A stretch of 64,000 bases of DNA, taken from contig NVWK01000012.1 of NCBI GenBank assembly GCA_002733605.1, forward strand, positions 16,506-80,505. The letters are read 5' to 3'. The position numbers were made by a program, and so were the translations under genes. The notes beneath the pieces are model-generated. The model worked only from the letters and a program-made list of their open reading frames with translations. It searched no databases and was not told the origin of the DNA. This document shows, piece by piece, positions 42,664 to 52,545 of this stretch (its first letter is position 1; every line of letters starts with the position of its first letter). This DNA is from Robiginitomaculum sp. (GTDB taxonomy: Bacteria; Pseudomonadota; Alphaproteobacteria; Caulobacterales; Maricaulaceae).

Positions 42664-42760
42664 AGCGAACCTCGAAACGCAAACCGGAAAGACTTCTGTA
42701 AAATCTTATAGCGGCGAAATTATGGCGGCGGTCATTAAATTGCAGTTAAAACCCTATGTA

Positions 42761-42794
42761 ACAGGATATTCAGGGTTACAGGATATTCAGGGTA
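42761..42794. repeat. 2 x 17-bp tandem repeat in the pal-cpoB spacer
   Basis: ACAGGATATTCAGGGTT followed by ACAGGATATTCAGGGTA. Flanked by AACCCT/AGGGTT inverted repeats. Confidence 0.85.
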
Positions 42795-42799
42795 AAACC

Positions 42800-43372
42800 C
42801 TAACTATTCCCGCCAATCAAAACGGACGAATGGGCATTGCGGTTCAAGGCCCAGGCCGCCTCGTTCGAGCCACCATCAATCGGGCGTTCCTTACCATAGG
42901 ACACTGTGGTGATCCGTCCGGGGGCGACCCCCTGACTGACCAAAAAGGCTTTGACCGCATCGGCACGACGTGCGCCTAATGCCAGATTATATTCACGGGT
43001 GCCGCGTTCATCCGCATTACCACCGACGATAAGAATGGCAGACGGGTACATGTTCAGCCATTGGGCTTGCCTGCGTAAAACATCGCGGGCAACCGGAACA
43101 AGATCATATTGGTTATATGCGAAATAGATCCGATCCTCGCCTGATGTATATTTAAAATCATCGACAGTGCCCGGTAAAGGGCCCAATGGTACAGCACTTA
43201 ACTCTCTAACCGGAGCCCGTACAACAGGCGTGATAGGGGCCGGACGCGTTACAACAGGCGGTATGATTTGTTGATCCGTATTTGCAGCGGACATGTCTTT
43301 TGGTGTGCTTGCACAGGCTGAAAGTGCGAAAATCATAGCACCTAAAAACGCGTATTTCATTTTCTCATTCAT
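42800..43372 (-). CDS. pal: peptidoglycan-associated lipoprotein Pal
   Basis: Lipobox ALSAC. OmpA-like domain (GNADERGTREYNLALGARRADAV). Confidence 0.92.
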   Translation of the reverse strand: MNEKMKYAFLGAMIFALSACASTPKDMSAANTDQQIIPPVVTRPAPITPVVRAPVRELSAVPLGPLPGTVDDFKYTSGEDRIYFAYNQYDLVPVARDVLRRQAQWLNMYPSAILIVGGNADERGTREYNLALGARRADAVKAFLVSQGVAPGRITTVSYGKERPIDGGSNEAAWALNRNAHSSVLIGGNS

Positions 43373-43511
43373 ATCACATATCCCAGTTTCAGTTTCTCAC
43401 GAAAGCTATTTGCGAGTTTCCCAATATCTGCGCCGTAAAGTGGACGCGCACCTACTAAGTGTCAAGTTGACAATCCTTCACGTTGTTTCATTCCAGATCA
43501 ATATGTCAAAA

Positions 43512-44846
43512 CTAGGGCAAGATTGGTGACCATGCCGGATCAGAGGCGTCACCCGGCGTGGCAACTTTGCGCAAATTCTTTCCAGTTAAATCAATTGACC
43601 ATATTTCAGAATGCCCCCGTATCCCGCGCGTGCCACGGGTGAACAATATGACCCGTCCATTTGGAGACCATGTTGGCCCTTCGTCGAGATAGCTGTCGGT
43701 CAGCATGCGTTCTGCCCGCCCCGTTTGCGCATTGATGACACCGATATGGAAACGGCCATGATGACTATTGGTGAAAGCAATCAGATCACCACGCGGTGAC
43801 CAGTTGGGCGCTGTGTAGCGACCCTCGCCAAAGCTAATGCGTTTTACGTTCGATCCATCCGCATTCATAGTGTACAATTGGGGGGTACCGCCACGATCGG
43901 AATTGAACACAATTTTCTTGCCATCGGGCGAGAAACTGGGCGAGACATCGATCGCTGAATTCGTGGTCAAACGGCGTGTGGAACGTGCGCGTAAATCCAT
44001 CACATACACATCACTATTGCCCCGTTTTATCATCGAGAAAATCAGGCTTTGGCCATCGGGGGAAAACCTTGGGGCCAAAGTCATGTTCGGGAAGTTGCCT
44101 AAAAGCTCCCGCCGTCCGGTTTCAATATCAAGCAAATAGACTTGTGAAGTTCCTGTTTCCCACGACAAATATGTAATCTGTTGAGCGGAAGGCGCGAAGC
44201 GAGGCGTGAGAACCAAATCGGCCCCTGCCAGCAAGGTTTGCGAGTTTGCACCATCTTGATCCATGATCGCCAATTGTTTGCGGCGATTGGTTTTCGGGCC
44301 ACTTTCGGCCACATAGACAATACGACTATCAAAATAACCGGCCTCGCCTGTCAGGCGTTTATAAATGGCGTCCGAGACTTTATGAGCAATCCGACGCCAA
44401 TTATCAGGCGTGGTGGCAAAACGAATCCCGTCAAGCTGGGTGCCCCCGTAAATATCCCATAGGCGAAATTCAACCTTTAACCGATTAGCACTTTCGCGCA
44501 CAATCCGGCCCGAGACCAAAGCCCGTGCCTTTATCAGGCGCCAATCTGCAAACCGGGGTTGATAATTTATATCGGTTTGTTTTTCGATAAACAGATCATG
44601 GTTTAGCGCGTCAAACAGGCCGGAGCGTTCCAAGTCGTCAGAAATGACCCGGGCCATGTCTTTGGCAATGCGGTCGGTTTCGGTGTGGGCGCTTAAAAAG
44701 TCGGGAATGGCGATCAGTGTTGGCTCGGCATTGCCTTTGGTAATATCGATTTCCAGTTGAGCGGATGCCGTCAGCGAGAAGAAAAATGCCGCCAAGACAG
44801 CCGTCACAGTCGCAATAAATCCGTTGATCCGCTTAGATTTCATCAT
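43512..44846 (-). CDS. tolB: Tol-Pal system beta-propeller protein TolB
   Basis: Signal peptide and repeated P.(F/W)SPDG propeller blades. ATG at 44846 (MMKSKR...) avoids overlapping tolA. Confidence 0.93.
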   Translation of the reverse strand: MMKSKRINGFIATVTAVLAAFFFSLTASAQLEIDITKGNAEPTLIAIPDFLSAHTETDRIAKDMARVISDDLERSGLFDALNHDLFIEKQTDINYQPRFADWRLIKARALVSGRIVRESANRLKVEFRLWDIYGGTQLDGIRFATTPDNWRRIAHKVSDAIYKRLTGEAGYFDSRIVYVAESGPKTNRRKQLAIMDQDGANSQTLLAGADLVLTPRFAPSAQQITYLSWETGTSQVYLLDIETGRRELLGNFPNMTLAPRFSPDGQSLIFSMIKRGNSDVYVMDLRARSTRRLTTNSAIDVSPSFSPDGKKIVFNSDRGGTPQLYTMNADGSNVKRISFGEGRYTAPNWSPRGDLIAFTNSHHGRFHIGVINAQTGRAERMLTDSYLDEGPTWSPNGRVILFTRGTRGIRGHSEIWSIDLTGKNLRKVATPGDASDPAWSPILP

Positions 44847-44854
44847 GTGTTGCA

Positions 44855-45652
44855 CTATGTATCTCCGGGTTGAAAATTGAGTTTCATGGTTTTCCAAATG
44901 TTATAATCGCTTGTGCGTAACCCGTCATAGGGCGCGCATTCGTTTAAGGCCGCCACCACGTTTTCACGAGCCGCACGCCAGGCATTGTTAGGCGACGCAA
45001 TAATTTGCGCGCCGTTGAGAATGTTGAGTGTAGAGATTTCTCCCCTTTCATTCAAGCTGAGCGCGATTTCTACGCGCAAAAGCTGATAGTCCCTGGCCCC
45101 TTGGTCAATAAGCCAGCACGGCTCCATCTTGGCCTTTATATATTCCTCGGGACTAACCGTTAATTCGGACCCCGCACCCGCTCCATTTTGGTTTTGTTTG
45201 GCAAGCTCCGCCTCCGCGATCAAGATTTGTTCCACGTTCGCGTCAGGGTTCTCGGCCCGGCTCTTGTTAATCATCGTCGCAAAGGCGTCGAGGTTGAACG
45301 CTGGTTGTTTCGGGGCAGATTTTTTCACCGCAACAGGTTCAACTTGTTTTGGCTCGATCTTCTCTGGCTTCTTTTCTGGCTCCGGTTTTTTTACAGCTTT
45401 AGCCACAGGTGCAGGTGGAACTGGTTCTGCGGAAGCCTGTTGTTCCGGCGTTTGCACATCAATGCTATTTTCGCGGTCTTGTGGGCGTTTCTTACGGGTT
45501 GGCATCACATTGGTCGTGTCCGCAACCGTAACGATTTCCAAAGGAATGATTTTTACGTCTGCAATGTCCTTGATCCCGTTACTCCATAAAAACACCCCGC
45601 CCGAGACAACAAGGGCATGCAGGGCAAAGGATATGGGGAGGCCAAATTTCAT
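44855..45652 (-). CDS. tolA: TolA-like cell-envelope integrity protein
   Basis: N-terminal TM, a Pro/Lys/Glu-rich linker (PEPEKKPEKIEPKQVEP) and a TonB/TolA-like C-terminal domain. Located between tolR and tolB. Confidence 0.6.
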   Translation of the reverse strand: MKFGLPISFALHALVVSGGVFLWSNGIKDIADVKIIPLEIVTVADTTNVMPTRKKRPQDRENSIDVQTPEQQASAEPVPPAPVAKAVKKPEPEKKPEKIEPKQVEPVAVKKSAPKQPAFNLDAFATMINKSRAENPDANVEQILIAEAELAKQNQNGAGAGSELTVSPEEYIKAKMEPCWLIDQGARDYQLLRVEIALSLNERGEISTLNILNGAQIIASPNNAWRAARENVVAALNECAPYDGLRTSDYNIWKTMKLNFQPGDT

Positions 45653-45660
45653 AACCGGCC

Positions 45661-46104
45661 TTAAGGAGATATAGGGTCCGTTACCAGACCTATATTGGTA
45701 AACCCTGCGGCATTAATGGTCGCCATGACCTTCATCACCGGCCCGTAATCGCCGTCTTTATCTCCGCGTATATTGATGCGTTCCTCATATCCGTTGGCGG
45801 CCATTGCGACCAAGCGAGTTCTGAGTTCCTCGAGGGTCACTTCTGTTTCCTGCAAGAAAATAATACCGTCCTTACTGACCGACACAGTCAACTCGTCCTG
45901 CTCGGCGCTCATGGCTTGGGCATCGGTTTTGGGAAGTTCGAGCGGAATGCCAACGGAGAGGAATTGTGCCGTCAAAATAAAGACGATCAGCAAGACAAGC
46001 ATGACGTCAACCAGAGGCGTGATATTAATTTGCGAGTTCAGCTCGCGCCGCGCCCTGCGACCACGACCAGACTGGCCTGTGCGTCCATATCTCGCCATGC
46101 TCAT
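45661..46104 (-). CDS. tolR: Tol-Pal system protein TolR (ExbD family)
   Basis: INITPLVDVMLVLLIVFIL TM motif of the ExbD/TolR family. Follows tolQ. Confidence 0.85.
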   Translation of the reverse strand: MSMARYGRTGQSGRGRRARRELNSQINITPLVDVMLVLLIVFILTAQFLSVGIPLELPKTDAQAMSAEQDELTVSVSKDGIIFLQETEVTLEELRTRLVAMAANGYEERINIRGDKDGDYGPVMKVMATINAAGFTNIGLVTDPISP

Positions 46105-46107
46105 GCC

Positions 46108-46851
46108 TTAGCCCCTTTTGCCGAGTTTGCGTGATAATATAGCAGACAACTCGTCCGTAAAACCGTCGAGACGGGCGGCGTATTTATCCAAATCGGCTGT
46201 AAATTTATTATAAAATACTGAGGCAGGAATCGCAGCCACCAAGCCTAAAGCTGTCGCGAACAAGGCTTCGGAAATCCCCGGTATGACAACGGCCAGATTG
46301 GCGCTTTGGGTTTGATCGATAGCGCGGAATGTGTTCATAATCCCCCACACCGTACCAAACAGACCAACAAATACGGAGGCCGAACCGACCGTCGCCAATA
46401 CGGTCATACCGCGTTCGGCTTTGGCAAGTTCACGGCTAACGACCAGCCCCATAACCCGGTCGATACGTTCGCGGGTTCCAAATATGTCAGAATCTGAGCG
46501 CCCGCCCATGTCCTTGCTTTCTTTCCATTCCCGCATTGCGGCGTTAAACACACGGCCCATAGGGTCGCGGACATCGCTTGCCAGTCCGTCCGATAACTCG
46601 TCAAGGGTGCGGCCGGACCAGAAGGTCTCTTCAAATTTTTTGGCGCGCCGCTTGAGAATAAAAAAGCTAACGCTTTTATCGAAAATCACACCCCATGACC
46701 AAACCGAAGCAATCGCCAAGATCGCCATAATGGTCTTTACCATCATGTCTGCACGTTCATAAAGTGCGGTAAAACTGTAATCCGGCGCCCCCAAAGGCGC
46801 GGCCGCGACAACAGAGATCATCATATCAGGCATCATGGTTATGGTATTCAT
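46108..46851 (-). CDS. tolQ: Tol-Pal system protein TolQ (MotA/TolQ/ExbB family)
   Basis: Three TMs with LATVGSASVFVGLFGTVWGIMNTF and PGISEALFATALGLVAAIPA motifs. ATG at 46851. Confidence 0.9.
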   Translation of the reverse strand: MNTITMMPDMMISVVAAAPLGAPDYSFTALYERADMMVKTIMAILAIASVWSWGVIFDKSVSFFILKRRAKKFEETFWSGRTLDELSDGLASDVRDPMGRVFNAAMREWKESKDMGGRSDSDIFGTRERIDRVMGLVVSRELAKAERGMTVLATVGSASVFVGLFGTVWGIMNTFRAIDQTQSANLAVVIPGISEALFATALGLVAAIPASVFYNKFTADLDKYAARLDGFTDELSAILSRKLGKRG

Positions 46852-47167
46852 TATGGGCGTTCTCCTCGATCCACTTTCTGTGCACACTACGGCGAAAATG
46901 TGGCGCTTCACTAATTAACACGCGTTAATATTACAGTATAATAAATACGCGCTTAATCACGGGGTTACGACAAGTCAGGGCCAGCTTCAATGAAATAACT
47001 AAAGGCTGTGCAGGTATTGTTTAAATATTGTAGCGTTTGGCTTGCGTTTATTGTGTGTGCGTCATAGTTTTGACGTATTGCCATTGTCTTATATGGCTAA
47101 AGCCCTTTCAAAATGTTTGCTGAAAATGTGCGCAGGGCGTTAGAGGGCGAAAGAAAGGCCGTGTCTT

Positions 47168-47560
47168 ATGAAAAAATTACTTAAATCAGCCACATTGTTT
47201 CTACTCCCGGCAATCGTGTTTCCGGTGGCCCTGAGCGCATGCGCGACAGTCGAGCCGGAGATGGATAGGATATCGATTGATACCCCTATCGCGGAAAACT
47301 GCTATCCGATTGCCTCTTTGGTCAAAGTGACCGTGCCAGCAGTTGTAAAAAGAGGGTTTAGTGTTGTTTCGATCGAAAACCCGCCTGAATATTATACGGA
47401 CCCAGAAACGGGAAAAACAATAACCATCCAAAACCCGCCGATTGAGACCAAAACCCCTTTTTCGCGGATTGTAACACCGGAAAAGCATTATTACACAACA
47501 CCCAAAGGTGAGTTGGTCAACAATATTTGCGAGTTGAATAAATACAATCCAGTTCAATAG
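47168..47560 (+). CDS. hypothetical lipoprotein
   Basis: Lipobox ALSAC after a signal peptide. 130 aa. No family recognised. Opposite strand to the flanking ybgC and tolQ. Confidence 0.55.
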   Translation: MKKLLKSATLFLLPAIVFPVALSACATVEPEMDRISIDTPIAENCYPIASLVKVTVPAVVKRGFSVVSIENPPEYYTDPETGKTITIQNPPIETKTPFSRIVTPEKHYYTTPKGELVNNICELNKYNPVQ

Positions 47561-47566
47561 GTAATA

Positions 47567-48070
47567 CTATTCCGACAAGAAATAAGGCGTAAGCTTTTCA
47601 ACCATTTTTGGGGTGGGTCTACGAGGCCTCCCGGTGAAATCTATGCAGGCGGCTTCGCTGTAAGCGGTCAGGAGTAACGTCTCGCCGCAGTAAATTTCCT
47701 GACTTACCCAGAGGCGGGCGCCTTTGTATTTATCATAGCTCGTCATCACCAATAAAGCATCGTCAATACGGGCGGGTCGGATATAATCGAGATTAAGCTT
47801 GCGAATGGCGAAGCCGAGCGGTTTGTCCCGCTCTAAAAGTTCGGCATGACTAATGCCCGCAAGCCTGAAGAACGATGATCTGGCGCGTTCTAAAAACCGT
47901 AAATAATTGGCGTAATAGACAACACCGGTAAAATCCGTGTCCTCATAGAAGACCCGTAACGGGTAATAATGTTTACGGCCTTCGAAATAGCCCATGTCTG
48001 GGGCGTCACGGCCTGATTCTGGGTCTGAAACTGAATTTGGGTCTGGCTTATCCATCATTTGATCCTGCAA
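47567..48070 (-). CDS. ybgC: YbgC/FadM-family acyl-CoA thioesterase (tol-pal associated)
   Basis: Hot-dog fold pattern ([30 protein letters not shown]). Located between ruvB and the tol genes. The true start may be an internal Met (48058 or 48055). Confidence 0.8.
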   Translation of the reverse strand: MQDQMMDKPDPNSVSDPESGRDAPDMGYFEGRKHYYPLRVFYEDTDFTGVVYYANYLRFLERARSSFFRLAGISHAELLERDKPLGFAIRKLNLDYIRPARIDDALLVMTSYDKYKGARLWVSQEIYCGETLLLTAYSEAACIDFTGRPRRPTPKMVEKLTPYFLSE

Positions 48071-49088
48071 ACAGTGTCGGGGACACCAAATCCAAAGGTG
48101 CCGACAATCCTAAATGGGCAAAAGCGTGCGGAGTGGCAACACGTCCGCGCGGCGTACGTTGCAAGAACCCTTTTTGAATTAAATAGGGTTCGACTACATC
48201 TTCCAGAGCGTCGCGAGCCTCGGAGAGCGCGGCCGCAAGGGTTTCCACCCCGACAGGGCCGCCCGAGAACATCTCGCACAATGCCTGCAAATAGCGCATA
48301 TCTTGCGTATCAAGCCCGATATCATCGACGCCCAAACGGACAAGGGCTGCATCTGCGACCTTGGCGTCGATCAGGGTTGCCCCTACGTGTTCGGCCAAAT
48401 CGCGCACACGGCGTAGAAGCCGGCCCGCCACACGCGGTGTTCCGCGCGCCCGACGGGCAATTTCACGCGCGCCGTCCGCGTTCATTTCTATGCCAAGCTT
48501 ATGACCCGCGCGGGTGACAATTTTAGTCAACTCTTCCACATCGTAAAACTCGAGCCTAACAGGGATGCCGAAACGGTCCCGCAAAGGCGTGGCCAGAAGT
48601 CCAGCCCGTGTTGTCGCACCGATCAGGGTGAACGGGGACAGATCGATTTTAATCGAGCGGGCGGCAGGCCCCTCCCCGATGATCAAATCCAACTCGAAAT
48701 CTTCGAGTGCGGGATAGAGAATTTCCTCTACGGTCGGGTTGAGACGATGGATTTCATCAATAAACAACACATCACGGGGTTCGAGATTGGTCAGGAGCGC
48801 GGCCAAATCCCCCGCTTTTGAAATAACGGGGCCAGAGGTTGCCCGGAAATTGACCCCCAGTTCACGCGCGACGATTTGCGCCAATGTGGTTTTACCAAGT
48901 CCGGGCGGGCCAGACAATAATAGATGGTCAAGCGCCTCGGTGCGCCGCCCTGCGGCCTCGACGAAAACTTTCAGATTGGCAATGACCGTTTTTTGGCCGA
49001 CAAAATCCGCAAAGTTCAGGGGTCGCAAAGCCTTATCACGGCCATCACCAAGTTGGGTGTCAGAATCTATGATACGGGTCTCATCCAT
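48048..49088 (-). CDS. ruvB: Holliday junction branch-migration helicase RuvB
   Basis: [12 protein letters not shown], Walker [16 protein letters not shown] and RTPRG motifs. Confidence 0.97.
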   Translation of the reverse strand: MDETRIIDSDTQLGDGRDKALRPLNFADFVGQKTVIANLKVFVEAAGRRTEALDHLLLSGPPGLGKTTLAQIVARELGVNFRATSGPVISKAGDLAALLTNLEPRDVLFIDEIHRLNPTVEEILYPALEDFELDLIIGEGPAARSIKIDLSPFTLIGATTRAGLLATPLRDRFGIPVRLEFYDVEELTKIVTRAGHKLGIEMNADGAREIARRARGTPRVAGRLLRRVRDLAEHVGATLIDAKVADAALVRLGVDDIGLDTQDMRYLQALCEMFSGGPVGVETLAAALSEARDALEDVVEPYLIQKGFLQRTPRGRVATPHAFAHLGLSAPLDLVSPTLFAGSNDG

Positions 49089-49091
49089 GCT

Positions 49092-49715
49092 CTACGAACT
49101 CAATTCCTTAAGGGCGGCCTTCACAATCACATTTAAGCCAATGTCGTCACCTTCGGTCTTAACCGCATTTGCCACCGCACGCAAAGCCTCGCTTTGGCCA
49201 ATACCCAGATTGACCAGTGCGGACACCGCGTCTTTATGCAGGCCCATCACGGAGCTATCAATGATTTTATTTTCAGATGTGTGGGCTGGCATGCCCGCCG
49301 TGAAGCCGCGCCCGAGCGGGGCGGGTTTACCGGACAACTCAACCACGATCCGGCTGGCCAGACTTGGTCCAACACCGGTTGCCCGCGAAAATGCCGTTTT
49401 ATCTTCGAGACTGGCGGCGGAAAGAATTTCGGAAGGTGACAACACATCCAAAATGGCTAAGGCCGCCTTTGGCCCGACCTTTTGCACGGTTTGCAATTTG
49501 ACGAACCAGGCCCGTTCTTCCTCATCGCTAAACCCGTAGAGGGTAATCGCCGTTTCGCGCACATGGGTTTCCACCTGTAGCGTCGCCACCTCGCCCACAA
49601 ACAGGCTGGACAATGTCCTGCGCCCGCATTGCAGCAAATAACCAACGCCGTTCACATCGATGATCGCTTCACCTGTACCGATGACCAAAACCGTTCCTGT
49701 GAGCATGCCTATCAT
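49092..49715 (-). CDS. ruvA: Holliday junction DNA-binding protein RuvA
   Basis: MIGMLTGTVL...VNGVGYLL OB-fold N-terminus and HhH motifs (VGPKAALAIL; GVGPSLASRIV). ATG at 49715. Confidence 0.92.
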   Translation of the reverse strand: MIGMLTGTVLVIGTGEAIIDVNGVGYLLQCGRRTLSSLFVGEVATLQVETHVRETAITLYGFSDEEERAWFVKLQTVQKVGPKAALAILDVLSPSEILSAASLEDKTAFSRATGVGPSLASRIVVELSGKPAPLGRGFTAGMPAHTSENKIIDSSVMGLHKDAVSALVNLGIGQSEALRAVANAVKTEGDDIGLNVIVKAALKELSS

Positions 49716-50221
49716 GCAAACCTCCTGTGCAGAGCGCCAGCCGCACTGGCGCGGTGAGCGTGGCAAATCGCAATGGCAAGCGCATCGGCAGCGTCACCGG
49801 CGGTAACTTTAATCCCCGGCAAAAGCACGTTCATCATGGCGGCGACTTGCACTTTGTCTGCCCCGCCCGTGCCGACGACTGATTTTTTGACCTTACGGGC
49901 CGAATATTCCCCCACATACAGGCCCGCCTGTGCAGGCGCGAGCAAACACATAGCGCGGGCATAGCCGAGCTTTATCGCAGAGTTCGGATTGTTTTTAAAA
50001 AACATATCTTCGACCGCCGCCTCGTCGGGCGTATGAATTTCGATTATGTCTGTGATGGCTGTGTGTAATTCGTGCAAGCGTAAAGCCATATCCCTCTTGG
50101 TATCAGGCTTGATAACACCGTGGGCAACGTGGGTGATTTTCAAGCCTTGTGCCTCGACAATGCCCCAGCCGCATTTCACAAGACTGGGGTCTAGACCCAA
50201 TATACGAATAGCCCGACTCAT
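49712..50221 (-). CDS. ruvC: crossover junction endodeoxyribonuclease RuvC
   Basis: IRILGLDPSLVKCGWGIV N-terminus and the ADALAIAICHA C-terminal catalytic region. ATG at 50221. Confidence 0.93.
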   Translation of the reverse strand: MSRAIRILGLDPSLVKCGWGIVEAQGLKITHVAHGVIKPDTKRDMALRLHELHTAITDIIEIHTPDEAAVEDMFFKNNPNSAIKLGYARAMCLLAPAQAGLYVGEYSARKVKKSVVGTGGADKVQVAAMMNVLLPGIKVTAGDAADALAIAICHAHRASAAGALHRRFA

Positions 50222-50343
50222 GTGTGCTCCTGTCCCATAAAAAGAACAATACGGAAACATTTGCGGTTTGCCAAGGGTTTTTGCGTTAACAAAACCTTAC
50301 TAATCAGGACTGCAAGGCCATGAAAACGAACGTCCTCTTTGGT

Positions 50344-50877
50344 TTACGTCTCGACTTTCAAGACCTTATCCAGTGAGAAGCGGCCCGGCCCGTGTGCGAC
50401 AACAACGAAAAGTGCGATGAACCACCATACATGGCTCCCCCACCATGTGGCAGCATCCGGAAACACAAAGAACTGAATAAACAGGGTCATCCCCAACAAC
50501 ACCAACGCAGAAAGGCGGCTATACAGCCCGAGGATCAAGGTGGCCCCGAAAATAACTTCTGTAAGCCCGGCAATATTGGCCAATCTGTCTATGATAAAGG
50601 TCATAGTGTTGCCGTCTTCGGGGTAATCGTTGAGGGCCGCGGCACAGAGCCGGAGCGCCCCTTTGCGCACCTCTTCGGGGCAAAAGAACTCGTAACGGAA
50701 CAGATCATAGCTCGTTGCATCGAATTTGAAAAAACCTGACCATTTCGCCAAGCCTGAGAGTAAAAACACACGGCCAACAACCACGCGCGCGAACAACAGA
50801 GAAACCGGGCGTAATTTGTCGGCGTGAGGGTGCCAGAATGTGAGTAAACCAGATATGGATTTCATAAAATTACGCAT
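50344..50877 (-). CDS. bufD: DoxX-family membrane protein, fourth gene of the bufferin-type operon
   Basis: 4-TM protein with a DoxX-like LFARVVVGRVFLLSGLAKW motif. The start overlaps the upstream DUF2063 gene by 8 nt. Confidence 0.78.
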   Translation of the reverse strand: MRNFMKSISGLLTFWHPHADKLRPVSLLFARVVVGRVFLLSGLAKWSGFFKFDATSYDLFRYEFFCPEEVRKGALRLCAAALNDYPEDGNTMTFIIDRLANIAGLTEVIFGATLILGLYSRLSALVLLGMTLFIQFFVFPDAATWWGSHVWWFIALFVVVAHGPGRFSLDKVLKVET

Positions 50878-51643
50878 CAGTGTCTCCTGTGAGAGGTTGA
50901 AAAATTTCAGCTTCCACCATTTTGGGCAAAAGTGTGGTCACGTCGCCATCCGGCAAAGCCACAATAGCGAGGTTGAGGGCTTCACCTAAAGGCTTATCTT
51001 GCAAGATTGCTGTTATAAAGGCAAATTCACCCGCACTTAAACTACGCGAGATCACTTCATTTTGATAGCGCCACACAAGCGCCTGCTCAGGGTTTTGGTT
51101 GAGTTCCATGGCCTCAGATATTGCCTCATTCTGTCTAAGCTTTGACCAGATACCCAACACCGGCCAGTCCAAGTCTACGAGCTTGACATCAGGTTTTAAA
51201 GACAGTGTTTGGCTCTCTAAATCAGCTCCAGCACCAACTATATTTGCCAAATCCTGCATCACCAAAGTGGCGCTGTCAGGGGCAATATGGGCTTGTGTCC
51301 ACGCACGGTCCAATCTGGCAAAGCTCTGCAAATAAGGGAGATTATGTTTATCGAGATGTGCGCCTATCAGTTCAGGAAACCGCTCCCCATATCCGACAAG
51401 TGTACGACGGGTCGTACGGTCTGTTTCTCTATATATGCGTGCCAAGGCGGAGGCATATTCATCACCGATCAATGTGGTTACAGACGGATAATTACTGAGC
51501 AAGGCACCCCGCAGGGCACTGGCAGAATTGTTGCTATAAACCCGTACAAACTTCGGATCAAAACCTGTGTTTTCAAAGGCCTCTACGTCGAGCGGGCCTG
51601 TGCCAACAATACTATCTGCCATGGCTTTCATATAGCTCTTCAT
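50870..51643 (-). CDS. bufC: DUF2063-family protein (BufC-like partner of the MNIO enzyme)
   Basis: N-terminal pattern F.RVYSNN...L.GAL...YP....L.G......LA.IY......L..YGERFPE, as I remember it for DUF2063. Overlaps the DUF692 gene stop by 4 nt. Confidence 0.75.
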   Translation of the reverse strand: MKSYMKAMADSIVGTGPLDVEAFENTGFDPKFVRVYSNNSASALRGALLSNYPSVTTLIGDEYASALARIYRETDRTTRRTLVGYGERFPELIGAHLDKHNLPYLQSFARLDRAWTQAHIAPDSATLVMQDLANIVGAGADLESQTLSLKPDVKLVDLDWPVLGIWSKLRQNEAISEAMELNQNPEQALVWRYQNEVISRSLSAGEFAFITAILQDKPLGEALNLAIVALPDGDVTTLLPKMVEAEIFQPLTGDTDA

Positions 51644-52530
51644 GCGCGCCGCTCCTGCGTACAGACGTCTATCAAGGCTTTCTGGGCGCGGGCATGCTCG
51701 CTGAGCAAGTCTTCGAACGGGGGAATATTACCGTCACGCTCCAACAGCACAGGTCTTGGCCCGATATGGGCAAGGGCCGTCTCGAGCAACTCCCAAACCG
51801 GTTCGGCCACAGGGGCTGAATGGGTATCGATGAGCAGGGCTTTGCCCTGAACAGGGTCTTCGGTGAAGCCTGCAATATGGATTTCTCCGACGAGTTCGGG
51901 CGGCAAGGCCCGAATATAGGCGTGAGGATCAATGCCCGTATTGACGGCGCTAATATAAACATTGTTCACATCGAGCAATAGCCCACATCCGGCCCGTTTG
52001 GCAATTTCGACAAGGAAATCAGGCTCATCCAGCTCGAAAGTGCCAGCCATGTAATTTGTCGGGTTTTCAATGAGAATCCGTCTGCCAATCGCAGTTTGAA
52101 AGCTTTCTATGCGCTCGACCATATGGTCTTGCACGGCGCGTGTACGCGGCAATGGTAATAAATCGGCGAAATAGCGACCTTCAAAACTTGACCATGTGGC
52201 ATGTTCGGAAACTTGACGGGGTTCAAACCGGTCAATGAGGCGTTTTAGAAATGCGAGATGATCTGTGTCAAATGGATCAAGGCCACCTAATGACGCCCCG
52301 ACGCCGTGAAAGCTTAGCGCATGACGATCGCGAATGGCGCCGAGCCACGCAAGTCGCGGGCCACCTTCGACCATATAATTTTCCGGGTGAACTTCATACC
52401 AGATTTGTGCCGGATCATGATCGAGCGCCCCGTTGAAAAACTCTGGCTTCAATCCTATTCCGGCACAAATTGGCAGTTCAGTTTTCAAAGCGGGCGAGGC
52501 TCGCCCGCTTTGTTGTTCGGTTATGAGCAT
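51640..52530 (-). CDS. bufB: DUF692 / UPF0276 MNIO-family enzyme (bufferin maturase BufB-like)
   Basis: Blocks characteristic of DUF692: GIGLKPEFF, WYEVHPENYM, LSFHGVGASLGG, VSEHATWS, DLLPLPRT, IENPTNYM, LLDVNNVYISAVN, EIHIAG. Confidence 0.88.
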   Translation of the reverse strand: MLITEQQSGRASPALKTELPICAGIGLKPEFFNGALDHDPAQIWYEVHPENYMVEGGPRLAWLGAIRDRHALSFHGVGASLGGLDPFDTDHLAFLKRLIDRFEPRQVSEHATWSSFEGRYFADLLPLPRTRAVQDHMVERIESFQTAIGRRILIENPTNYMAGTFELDEPDFLVEIAKRAGCGLLLDVNNVYISAVNTGIDPHAYIRALPPELVGEIHIAGFTEDPVQGKALLIDTHSAPVAEPVWELLETALAHIGPRPVLLERDGNIPPFEDLLSEHARAQKALIDVCTQERRA

Positions 52531-52545
52531 TATAGACGCAAAGAC

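Noticed and set aside
46915-46935. TTAACACGCGTTAA near-palindrome upstream of tolQ as a possible CtrA or other regulator site.
   Set aside because: The spacing is TTAA-N6-TTAA and it is not a true palindrome. A single occurrence in AT-rich DNA is insufficient evidence.
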